A DNA stretch of 64,000 nt from assembly GCF_006345805.1 (NCBI RefSeq), contig NC_042998.1:120590001-120654000 (forward strand). The letters run 5' to 3'. A model generated the notes under the pieces. That model was not told where the DNA came from. It worked only from the letters and a program-made list of their open reading frames with translations, and searched no databases. The translations under genes were made by a program, and so were the position numbers. This stretch comes from Octopus sinensis. Lineage: Eukaryota. This document shows, one piece after another, positions 27,564 to 40,214 of the stretch; position 1 is the first letter of the stretch, and each line of letters begins with the position of its first letter.

Positions 27564-28845
27564 TTTTTTGTCTACCAATTTCCATAGAAGAGTCTGTGCA
27601 AGAATGGTTTTTCCAGTGTGTTTTCAAGTGTTTCACACATTTTCTCAAGATCTCATTTGCATTCATATCTTTGTCTTCATCATCTTGGTTTCAAACATTT
27701 ATCAGACATGAATTCTGTCTGGTAAGACCAATATTCTATGTCAAATTCTGCAGAACCAAACCAATGTAAGGAAGACAAATATAGCTATATGAACTCAGAG
27801 AATTTCTGTGGTATAATAACAAATAGGATTTCTTAACTTGTAATGATGAACAGAGAATGTTTAAAACAGATTCATAGTCACATTTTCAACAAATATATTC
27901 TTGTCTCAAGATCAGGAAGATGAAATTCTGAGTAGTGACTCATAAAAAAGTTTTACAATGAATAAAATCCGTTCTGCTCTATTATAAAGTATTGTGTGTT
28001 TTTTTTTTTGTGTATAATTTCATAAACTATCATGTTACTCTGTGTGTATGTGCATGCGTGCGTGTGTGTGTACATGTGTGTTTATGTATGTGTGTATTTG
28101 ATTACTTCTTTGCTAAGAACCAGAAGCATCATTGATAGCTCAAATTAAGAATGGGAAGTAAGCATTATTGATAGCTGAGTTTTGCTCAGTTTGCTTTCAT
28201 AAAGAGAAGCATAATGTTTATTATATCTGACACTTCTTTACCTATCAGTGATGGTAACAAAATATTCTAAAGGCAGGTAATTTGTTTTTCCTGTAGCTTG
28301 CAGAGTGCACATCTCTATGCAAGTTTTAACACTCTCCTAGACTGGATGCCTTTACTGCATTCTGCAATTCCACATCTCCCCTCACCCTCATAGACAAGAA
28401 TTTTAGAGGCAGTAAACTGCAGGTGGACGTCCTTGATGCTAACCCTTGTATTTAAGTTAGGTACATTCTTCCACATCACACTGATGGTTTCATATTTCTC
28501 TGTTATTCCTGTTTTCTTTCTTTACTCTACACTTTTTGAAGAACTTAAACTTAAAACATCAAAGCTACTATTCTCTTCAATAATTTTGATCATACATACA
28601 GACAAGATTAGGGGAATGGATTAGATAAAAATCCAGACTACATATGTTTCATAGCTAGCAGAACCTCAGAAGTAGTAATTATGCAAACGAAGGGTAATCC
28701 ACTAGTTACTCATCAGGCCAAAGATACCTTAATCAAAAGAAGTTAACATTGTTGTCAAGGAATACCATGTTGACTCACAGGAAATTCAATTTTGTAGACT
28801 GCTCAAGGCTTACTATCTTCCTATACCTTGATCCCTGGATCTTTA

Positions 28846-28910
<65 letters not shown>

Positions 28911-28911
<1 letters not shown>

Positions 28912-31900
28912 TGTTTCTTTATTAGCCACACAGGGCTGCACACAGATAGAACAAATTACAAGGTAGAGCTTTTCTTTTGAAGGTTTAAAAAAAAAAAATA
29001 ATAATAATAATAAAATAACAAATAAAATAAAATAAAAAAGGAGGGGTCGATCAAAAGGGATCGTAAAAGGAGAAAAAGAGGACAAAAAAAGGGGGGGGTT
29101 CAAAAAAAAAGGGGGAGAGGAAAAAAAATTGATCAATAGGGATCGTTATCACAGAAATGTCAATATGAAGTGTAAAGGGGAGGACAGGTGAGGTTTACCC
29201 GTGGAAAGAAAAGCCTACGGAAAAGACCACGGTAACCTCGGTCAATGAAGTCACATGTTATATTTCTTTTTTTTTTTTTTTTTTTTTGCAAATAAGCAAC
29301 TCTCTGTATTAATTTTTACGGTTCATAGAATCATAGTCAAGGTGGCTTCGTCATTCATACGTGCCATCCTTGCTACATTCACCCATCTTTTTTTAAAACA
29401 TTCACTAGACAAAACTTGCCTCTCTACTCTCACTTTTTTCTTCAAGTGATACTTGAAGAAGTTGATGAGAGATTGACCAGAGAGGAAAGTGTTTGTCTCT
29501 AATCCTTTCAGACGCGTCCACCAGATACATTCTTTCGCCATAGCCACAAGTATGATGAAAATAGCTCTTCCTTCCCGTTTGAAGGAAGGAGGCGTGACGA
29601 TATTAACGATAGACTCGGCTGATAAACCGACACGTCCCACACGTGACAGCAGTCGTTCGACATAAGCCCACAGGTGGGAAATTGCTGGACACTGCACGAT
29701 TGCGTGCAGAGCGGTTTCGTCGCTCTGCCCGCATCTCGGGCAGGTCGGCCCCGTGTTTCTCGAGCCATGCCTATAGAGCTTATCCCGAACGGGTAGCGCT
29801 TCTCGGTAGCACCGCCAGGCCAGGGATCTCTGGAAGTTGTCCATAGGTCCCGGGCCGAAAGTCGTTTGAAACAGGCGGGTCAGGTATTCCTCGTCGACGC
29901 CCAAGTTTGCCCCGAGCTCGTCGTCGTACCTCCCCTCCACTAATCCCCTATAGAATGCTTTGGTTGTGTTGAAGTCACTCAAGGTCGACCCGGGACGGCA
30001 GAGTTGCTTGAGAGCAACGCGACACTCGCGGTGCCATTCGCCCTTCTTCGGCCTCTTTTTGATCCACGACTGTAGTTCGGTCATGGAGACGAGTTGCGGG
30101 AATGCGTGCCTCACAAACGGCGACCACACCTGTTCACCGTCGTCTACATAGAGCCGGAGATGTCGCAGTCTCAGCGCGTGTCTGCGCACCATCAACCACG
30201 GCATGCCCAGCCCTCCTTTTAACGGGTGTTGACAGCAAATGGATTGCCTGACCATCGGGACGCATCCTTTCCACAAGAAGCGGAAGAGGATGCGTTCTAG
30301 TTTGGTGATGGTAGGGTCGGGACAAGGTACGACGGTCAGGCGGTAGTAGATGATGGACGCGATGTACGCGTTCACCACCTCCGCCCGACCTTTTAGGGAC
30401 AGTTTCCTCTCGGCCCATTGCTGGGCGAGAGTGACCACCCTACTCGTTATCTCGTTCCAGTTCTTCTCCATTTGGAGGTCCGGACCGAACCAGACCCCGA
30501 GCAACTCAACCGGGCCGTCTGTCCAGCGTCCCACGACGGAGGTACTGGTGGACGGCATGGGCTTGCTTCTCCAGGTGCCGAGCCGCAAGCCCACTGACTT
30601 TTCCCGGTTGATTTTTGCTCCTGTCACCGCTTCGTAGTCTTTCAGTGTCTCGCCGACCCGCTCGATGTGCTCGTGGCTTGACACTATGACGGTGACGTCG
30701 TCCGCGTATGCAGACACGCTCGTCCCGCATCCTAATTCTCGCGGGATGACCCTCAGAGTCGCCAGCTTCCGCAGTAGTGGCTCAAGAGTCAATACGTATA
30801 GAAGCGCTGAGAGGGGGCATCCCTGACGGACCGAACGTGCAATGTCGAAGGGTCTCGATAGATGTCCATTTACGCGAATTACCGAACGGATGCCCCTGTA
30901 CAAGGCAGCTATCCAGCCGCGGAAGACGGGACCGAAACCAGCCGCTCTCAGGACTGCCTCCAAGTATCGATGGTCTACCCTATCAAAGGCTTTCGATTGA
31001 TCCAAGTTGATCAGGGCCCCACCCATGCCAGGTTCGTTAACTACCCTGTCTATGATGTAGCGCATCAGATGGAGGTTGTCATGGATGCTCCGGCCCGGCA
31101 CGGCGCACGTTTGTGCGTTGTCGACCAGTTTCTCCATGACAAGCGCCAACCTCTTGGCTAACACCTTTGTCAAAATTTTCAGGTCTGCATTGAGCAGAGT
31201 GATTGGCCTAAAGTTATCTATAATGTTTCCCTTGTTTGGATCTTTCTTCAGCAGAGTTACAGCTCCTCGACTCACAAAACCGGGTATGCTCCCGTTTTGC
31301 TGCCAGTTGCAGTATACCGCTGCCAAGACGTCTCCAAACAAGTCTGGCATACAATAGTAAAATTCGTAGGGTAGACCATCCAAACCCGGTGATTTGTCCC
31401 TCGAGCATTCTGCCATCGCTTCCCGCACTTCCGCCGCCGTGATGGCACCTTCGCAGCACCCTGCCTTTCTTGTCGAGAGTCGTGGCAGGCTATGTAGGTA
31501 GGCACTGAAGTCTACCCTACGTTCTTGCCATCCACTCGTCCTGAACAGTCGGGCAAAATGCTGCTGAAAGGCCTCACACATTTTACTTGGCTCGAGCTAT
31601 TCGCGCCCCTGTTCATCTACCAGTGACCGAATGGTGGCTTTGTTGCCCTGTTGCGCCTCTGCCACCCGGGCCTCTCTCACGGCTCCAACACCTTCGTTCC
31701 TTAGAGCACGCATCCTAGCTCTGACAGCACATCCTTTGTGTTTGGCGTTGAAGTGTTGGTCGAGGGCCAACCTCGCCGCCAAAACGTCGGATGCGATGCC
31801 GCTTCTAATTGCCTCTTCTAGCTTCTTAACTAGCTCACCCTCTACTCTATTTCTATCTATGGCTAGTGCTTTGCTGTACCTAATCGCTTCTGCTTTTACT

Positions 31901-32304
31901 GCTCTCTTGAGGGCAAACCACCATTTGTTGTTGATGATGGCTCCCGTCAAAGCCCTCTTTACTAGTGTGCTAATCCGGTCTCTGAAAACTTGTCTGGACG
32001 GGAATGATGCGTTCAGTTTCCAGTACCCAGGACCCTGTCTATGTGCCTTATCTAAGTCTAGCGTACACGTCACCAATTTGTGATCCGTGTAGCTGACTGT
32101 GTGGAATTGTGGACATCCTAAGTTATCCTTGTCTACTGTCCTACACAGTATCCTATCTAGATACGATCTTGACGACCCACTGCGGTTGCTCCATGTCCAC
32201 GTTGGTGCATTTGGGTGGTCGAGTCGGTACCTGTCAGACAGTTGGAATCGTCTGAGCAGGTCTCTGAGGCATTTGCATCCCCTTCTGTTTCTGTCTCTAC
32301 CCAC
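28911..32304 (-). mobile_element. Young 5'-truncated L1/Tx1-clade LINE inserted in a (GATA)n tract
   Basis: GC/CpG-rich relative to flanks; ORF2 with APE C-terminal motifs (SYLDRIL, YTDHKLV, GPGYWKLNAS), RT motifs (NFRPITLLNAD, DQSKAFDRVDH, VRQGCPLS, YADD) and Cys/His zinc finger (CPRC..ETALHAIVQC); ~410 nt 3'UTR ending AATAAAGAAA; (TATC)n directly at both ends. Confidence 0.93.
29323..32304 (-). pseudogene. Tx1-type ORF2 (APE-RT-zinc finger), 5' truncated, one in-frame nonsense codon at 31597-31599
   Basis: ORFs 31597..32388 and 29323..31581 are in the same frame: ...GGG CGC GAA TAG CTC GAG CCA AGT AAA ATG TGT GAG... Confidence 0.9.
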
Positions 32305-32385
<81 letters not shown>

Positions 32386-32543
32386 CATATATAGATAGAT
32401 AGATAGATAGATAACATATATAGATAGATAGATAGATAGATTACATATATAGATAGATAGATAGATAGATTACATATATAGATAGATAGATAGATTACAT
32501 ATATAGATAGATAGATAGATAGATTACATATATAGATAGATAG
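32305..32543. repeat. (GATA)n microsatellite with periodic ACATATATA interruptions
   Basis: Direct reading. Confidence 0.95.
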
Positions 32544-34824
32544 TTGAAATTTATAGAAAAACAAAAGACAAAGACAGGTGTATGAACAACAAGCAAGTGT
32601 ATAAAGTTTGATCCTGACTGAACATCCTACTCTTTGGACTTGCATATCTTAACCACTTCCCAAACTTTCAGCACCTCACCTCATCCACATACCAGTACTC
32701 CACCTGAATTACCACTGGATCTACTGACTCTACCTTCATGGATTTCACTGGATTTTTTCAGATAGATAGATAGATATAGTTGTTATTGCCATCACATGTG
32801 CTTCCAATTCTTTTTTGGTTGCACCATTCTTTTCTATCTTGGTCCAAATCATTTAACTAAATCATCTTCCCATTGTCATGAGGACCTTCCAAGTAACTTT
32901 TCCTCATCTCTTAGATACCACTCAGTAACTACACAGATTTATTTGTTGTCTGTGAAGTTTGCGACATGGCTGACTCAACAGTTTGTGCTTTTGGTATTCT
33001 ACAATCATGCCATTCACTCCAGTCTGTCCTCAAGTTATCTCATTTTGAATATGCTCTTGCAATGATATTCCTTGCATGGATTTCTCCATGGCTTTTTGTG
33101 TCATAGTTAATTAATGTACATTATTGTCCTACCCATGCATACATGGAAGATGGATGTTAAATGATGATGATGATGATGATCGTCCAAAAATGTAGCACAG
33201 GGACAAATAGAAGCTGAAAGCAGTGAAACTGAAGAGGTAAAGCACATTCACTATTGCCATACATATATAGGTATTTGTTGGTGTTTTTGTGTATAATGAA
33301 GTGCTGTATGTCATCAATATCACCATCACCATTTAGCATCCATCTTCAGTGTTGGTATGGTTTGGATTGTTCAACAGAACCTGAATCAGAGGACTGCATC
33401 AAGCTGTTATTCCTAATTCTTGTATTTATATCTATAAAAAAAAGGTGTGGTGATGTGGTCTGAATTTCTTCTAGAGCCATATTGGATTGTAAATTTATCC
33501 CTACACAGAACATCATAAGAACGAATTAGCCCACATTGATACAACATATGCAGCACCTAGGAGGAATACACGAAGCACACACAGCCCTGATTGCAAGATA
33601 TTAATTGATTAATTTCATTTTAGTATTTGGTTAGCAAGATTCTTGATGTCAACTCACTTGCTGAAACATACTTTGTTGTATCTCAGAAGGGTTGATGTGC
33701 ATGTGTTTATTATTAGCATAATGACCTTCCCGAGATACAACAAAATAATGAATTAATGGGTTGTTTAAAAAAATCATTAAATAAAATACAATATGTATCA
33801 ACTTAACCAAAGTTAGAAATAAATTACAGAATCACCAAAATATAAACTTTATCATCAATATGAAAGCACAAACTTACAAACCACAAGATGTATTTCAGAT
33901 GACCAACGTAATATTCAAATTGTAATGTTAACATGAAACTTGTAAACTGCATAACCCATTAGAAACAAGTATGGCACTTTCTCATGCGTTGAAAACTATT
34001 AATTAATAGCACAGAAATCCATTAAAAAATTTGATCAGCAATGGAAGTTGTGTCCAAAATCAACATGCAGATACAGCACACATAAAATAAAGCATGAAAT
34101 CCACTGAGCTCCAGGACTTAACTGTTAAATTATGTTAAATCTAACTTTGGTGATTTCTATCTATTATAAACAGTATTCCCATGATCCTTTGCGGTCTACT
34201 GTAAAGCACTCAAACAACATGTCAGTACTACAACAATCTGTTCATTCAGATGATGAGACTGAGGTCTTGAAATGTTAATGGAGTTAGGTGCACACATATT
34301 CCAAACTAAAAGAAATATATAAAAATCTTAATAAAAAAGATGAAATTCTTGTGTTCTATTTTTAATGTAAAATGTTTGAAAGAAAAGCTGTTCCTTATTT
34401 ACTTAAATGTGTGTGTGTGTTTGTATATATGCATGTGTGTGTGTATAAATGCTTGTCTTCAGCTTTTTGAAAAGCTGAATCAATCATAAAGCACTTATAC
34501 AAAAAATTCCTTTCATAAGGTTTGTGTTAATCTGCTTTTGTTTAAGGATTTTTTTTATGTAAATAATTGATAATTTTTAATGTGAGGAAATTTTTTTCAT
34601 AAATGTGTGTGTGTGTGTGTGTTTTGATGTAATTGAACAGTTCAGCACTCACAGTTATTTATGTAGTAGTTGTATCCTAGTTGGGAATCTGAGAATCATC
34701 AGATTGAAGATTTCTGGCCAAGATGAAACCACTGGTCAATTTGAACCATCAAACAACTTCAGTAAAATACATATTAACTTTTATTGTTATCTCTGCTTTA
34801 GAGGTAGTAGTCAGAGATACAATT

Positions 34825-34911
<87 letters not shown>

Positions 34912-37900
34912 TTTAAACTCTACTTGAAGATAGCTGATTCTTCATTTCAAAAATATTCTCTCAGTTTCAACAAAATATTGTTACTATAATATTTCATTGC
35001 AACAGTTTTTCATTTTCTAAAACAGAATTGATGTTAATAGTTTAGACTGTTAATTCTTCGGCTAGCTTCTGTATTCTATGAGTGTGAGGCTACAGGACCA
35101 TATCTTCACCGCCATAAGCTAGTCTGTGTTGTCTGTGAACACAAGCATTACTTCTACCAACTTTGAATGTCAAACTTAAACAAAAGTCAGGTTAAGTATC
35201 CACTCCACTGTATCTAGTGAGTACTAAAATTGCCTTTTTTTTACCCCCTCTGCATACCAATATCATCCATCTTTTGGTTCCTTGAAATAATTTTTTTCTT
35301 GCCATACTGGGATCTATGGCTATCTCCTACCTTGCTTCCCTGCTTTTATGCTTCGTTTTCTCAAACACTTCATTTTGTCATCTAAATATTGACACATTTC
35401 AGCCAGTGGCTGCTCACTGTAATCTTAGAATGATGCAAGCCAAACCCTATAAAGTGCTGTCTTTGATACTGAAGATTTCCCTGAAAATGAATCCTACTTC
35501 AGTACTTCTGTCTCTTTATAAGCATGTCTACTTTGATGTTTATGAAAATTTGGCATGAGAGTTGGAAGAAAAAGTACAACTTCTGGTTTAGAAAACCAGT
35601 CTTCAGTCTTACAGACTATATTCTCTGCATGATATTCCATTTTGTGAAAAGACTTTAGGGCTGTGTCTGTGAAAACACGAGATAGTGTTTGCATACTGTT
35701 CCTGAATATTCTTAAAGTAAATAGACTTTCTATGATTAATTATTTAATGTGCATTTAGCAAATCATAATGTAAACAGAACTGACGTCTGAAATAACAATA
35801 TCAACACAAAGTTTATTTAAATGAGCTGCCAAAAATAGCAGTGAAGACTCTCTATGGTTTATTTACAACAATCTTTATCAATCTGAGAGTAAAAAATGAA
35901 AAAGAAACAAAACAAAAATGGAGAAAATGCTAAAGTTTGATGTAAATACTTCTGTTATGTAAGATGTGCAATTTGTTATAGGATATTATCATTATTAGTG
36001 TTCCAGGATGGTAATTTAGTGGAAGCAGTAGGGTGTGATGCCAACTACCCTGCAGTGTTTAGTTATGTCCCTTTATATTCTGAATGCTAAATCACCTGCA
36101 GAGCTTGACTTGCTTGTTTTATCCTCTTGCATTGGATGAAATAAAGTAAGTTCCACTCATATATTGAGATATATTTAATCAGTGATACCCCTTTGCTACA
36201 GATCTGTGGCCTTGTGCCCAAGTCAGAAGTCATTATTAGGATAGAGAGCTGGCAGACTCAGTAGGGTGTCCTACTAACTCATCATTCAGACAGCAGGTTA
36301 CTCTCTTTCTATTATGTTCTCAGCTCAAATCCTGCTATGGTCAACTTCACATTCCTTCCCCTTGGGAGTTATTCAAGATAACATTGGTTCAGCTGAGTAT
36401 ACAAACCAAGCCAGTGGGTGAAGCTTTTTGGATGTTGTTCAACCTGCAAGAAATTACAACCAAATCTTCCTCAGATCACACTCTACCATCTTAAAAGAAA
36501 AGAAAGAGAGAAAGTGCATATAGCACAATGTAGTTCTTGATATCCAAAAAACTGGATGGTCATGGTTGGAATGCATAAGTCTGCTTTGTCAGAACTGATT
36601 TGGAACTAAACAACTTCCTAAAAGTACTCACCTATAAGAATTGGTCTTATAACAAGTGAACACAAATCATCATCATCTCAGATTTTCACTGGCATAATTG
36701 TATTGAAGATATCCAGTTATGATTTACTCCCTAAACCCTTGCTTTTAAGACATCATCATCACATTGCTCCAGCCACTGTTGATGCTGCTACACTAACCTT
36801 CTCCTCTCTATATACACTCCACTCAGAACTGATTTTACATTCTTTTTTATTTTTTCAAATGGTGATGGGTAATTTGAATCTTGCTATAAACTAACCTAAT
36901 ATTAATATTTTGTCTTTTTATTCTCTTGCCCTCTCTCTCTCTCATATATATATATGTTTATGTTCTTGTATATAATGTATGTATTTGTCATATTTATGTA
37001 TAAGGTTTAAAATAATGATATTATCAAAATGTGAATTTATGTATGTATTTTTTTTATTACTTAAAATTTGTTTCTATGTAATATATATGTGTATGTGTGT
37101 TGTCTATCAGGAAATCAAAGGAGTCTTTAAATTACACATAAAGAATGTTTATTCTTTAATCAACTTATTGACTGTGCACATGTGTGGCCCATTTCAAAGA
37201 ATTTTTACATATCTTATTATAGTGAGGTATGAAAACATTGAAACAGCCTGCATCTGCTGTAAAGTCCAATTGACCACACACACACATGAGCAGTAAAAGA
37301 TATGGGTTCAGTGAATCATGTAGCTATCATAGAAAGCTCCTTTTACAGGACTTGGATGTTAGTCCACAATGCTAGTAATCAATTACAAAGAAGTGTAATG
37401 TAGAGTGGCCATGTAACTGAAAATCCAAGCAATAAAATTATTTCATGAGGAGTATTTAAAAACATAAAGTCTAATCTGCAGTGGCTGTACAGTGTTGAAC
37501 TGCTGGCTCTAACCATTGGTTATTAGTTGTTCAAAATATTTTCCATAATCAATAGGTGTTGTAAATGCAAGTTGCATAACACTAGTTGCCATAGTCTGCC
37601 TGACTGTGTCAAATAGGAACCCTGCTTAACATCCAGTAAGTAAACAAGGGTCGGGGGGAAAATAAAATTACTGTAAGCTTTTCCATATGCTTGAGCAGAT
37701 ACTAAATAAACATTATTGATAATTGTTTTAATGGAATCTCTCTTTTTATATATATACATATATATATATATAAATCAGAAATAGAAACAAAATAATAGAT
37801 TGAATAATTAAATAATTGAATCATTAAATGATAAATTCAATTCATTTTCATTATTTCTATATAAACAAATGACAAATCAAGTTATAGCTGTTTCTACATC

Positions 37901-38449
37901 ATTAAAAACAGGTTTTATTTAAGATTAACAAATTCCCTTTTAAAATATAATGAGATTTTTTTCAAACGGACATATCTTCTTAAATATTTTACGAAAATAG
38001 CAAGTAAATATTGTCTATAATTGTAAACGCTTTTAAAACACTTTTTAAGAGTAAGCTTAATAATAAATAAACTAACTGAAATTTCATAAATTCTTAAATT
38101 CAAATATATATATATGTAGGGAAATGTAAAAATATGTGTATGTATTGTATTATGAAATATAGTTGGTTAAGGAATACGTCTTTACATTTTAAGCAAACAG
38201 ATATTGATAAAATACATTGAAAAGAGAATTAAAATGCCAGAACTTTGTAAGACTTGAGTCCACATCATCATATTGATAGTGTGATTTAGTGACCATTGTA
38301 CTATTTGTCATTAACAGAATAATCTACTTCCTGTATTAGCAAATCTATTCCAGGATGGGTTAAATTTTGAGATTGTTCTGAACCTTATTTGTACAGTTCA
38401 TTGTCTCACCTGTTTGTTTTGAAGATTTAAATTAACAAACTTTAAGCGT

Positions 38450-38770
38450 AACCATCACTCTTAAGCAAATATGACCTAGAAGCGTGTACCACACTTTTGC
38501 TAGTAGTTTTAGATATCTATGTAATTGTGAGCAGACAAACACCCTCTCAGCCCTCAGACCTTTGAGCCAGTGGAATGTTGAGGATGAAACTGCTGGGAGG
38601 AGAAAGCTGCACTAGCACTCAGCTGTTACTCAATTTTAACTTAGTAGACTGGAGCTATGTGAAATGAAGTAACTTGCTCAAGGATACAATACACTACTCA
38701 GTCCAGAAATCAGGTCCATGATTTTATGATTGTGAGACCAACATTCTAGCTACTAGGCCACATACCTTCG
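38450..38770 (-). mobile_element. tRNA-headed SINE (reference copy for the exon-capturing element at 62 kb)
   Basis: Minus-strand head gaaggtatgtggcctagtagctagaatg...ccttgagcaagttacttcatttcac; body shares gtaattgtgagcaga and aaacaccctct with 62071-62100. Confidence 0.65.
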
Positions 38771-39643
38771 TGTTATCAAATTTACAGATTGTAACATAAA
38801 GTACAAATAAGTTACTATTAAGTATATTAGTGTGGTCTTTATTATTTGTCTTTACTACAGCAAGTGCCCTGGTATTTTCTTGCCATTCTTTTAAGTTATC
38901 ATTCCACTCAGCATTTATTCACTAAAATCCTATATACATCTCTGTTAATTAAAGATCTGGCAAGAACAATTAGGCAAGGATTTGCTGATAAGCTCTAATT
39001 AAACTGAAACATCTCCAGAGTTGTCACCATACTACTGAATTTAATTTAAATTCTGGGGTTGTCTCCTTGCTTTTCTTGATCCAAATTAGTTTTCTCTTCT
39101 TCTCATTAGAGATTTAATTTTGAATCACTAAAATTCCTTTGCTCACTACATTAAGTATATTACATCCCAATTTGCTAATAGTTTTTCATGCAGCTGCCAA
39201 CCCTGAGTATTTTCCTATATATTGATCTGAGTGAATTAAATGAGATGTTACTCCTCTAAAGAAGAGATTTGGATATTTTCTTATAATGAAATCAAAATGA
39301 AAACAGGCAGACAGGATATAGACAAGGTTCAAAAAATTTCAAAATCTGACATACTGGCTTAATGGTGTTAGTATAAGAGGGAGATTTTGTTGGGGACACA
39401 TTGTGAAATGGTCATTAATATGAGTCAATGAGGAAGCATGAGTTTCAGTTCCAGCAGGTTCTCATATTTTTTTATTTTCTCATGTTTTCTGGTATATTTA
39501 TATATTCCTGTTTCAAATGTAGATGTGTGTGTGTATACACTCACACACATATAAGATTATATTATGTTGAAAATAAGAAATAACTGAGAAAGATTTATTA
39601 ATTTGATCTGCAGTTAACTTGACTTTTTTCCCCCCTTTTTCAG

Positions 39644-40214
39644 ATCAACACCTGATTTTGGAACACTTGCTAAAGAAGCTCTCTTAAAGAATTCTGGTAA
39701 AGCCCAAGCCAAATTAAACCACTTACAAACTGCGCACACTATTCCATCTAGTGGTATTAGTTCAAAGAATAAATCCGGCCGATTAGAGACATCCAAACAT
39801 GCAAGATGTCGATCTGTACCAGGTCCCTGGCCAACAGATGTCACTCATTTAGAGGACCAACTCGAAACACGGGAAAACCAATTTTCTTGCCCAAATTCGC
39901 CATTAGATTCTAAACAAACGACACATGATTCAAAAAAACCTACAGACTTGAAGAAAATTCCATCGTCTTCTTCATCTCCAACAAACAGTCAGGTGGGATC
40001 TCCAAAACCAAAGAAAACAATTTTTGAAGGATTCCGAAATACTTTACGAAAGTCAAAAGGAGATCTTTCTGGGACAAAATCATCTGAAAGTTTCACTAAT
40101 GCTCATTCGATGCCTGATATTGTACAAGAAAATAAAGAAAGATCTAACAGTGATTCTATAAGTTCAAAAACCATTGGAATGGACATTAGCCAATCAGATT
40201 TAGAAACAATTCCG
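39644..40214 (+). CDS. Trio: Trio/Kalirin exon: Ser/Pro-rich linker upstream of second SH3 (phase 2 to 0)
   Basis: Polypyrimidine + CAG acceptor at 39641-43; 190 open codons (STPDFGTLAKEALLKNSG...SPKPKKTIFEGFRNTLRKSK...DLETIP); GTAAGT donor at 40215; phase matches the next exon. Family assignment is by position and phase rather than sequence similarity. Confidence 0.75.

Noticed and set aside
28690-28720. Minus-strand CTGATGAGTAAC...TTAC resembling a hammerhead start
   Set aside because: No GAAA box or stems I and III follow
29508-32317. Multiple + strand and alternative-frame ORFs overlapping the Tx1 element
   Set aside because: Shadow ORFs of a GC-rich coding sequence; no motifs
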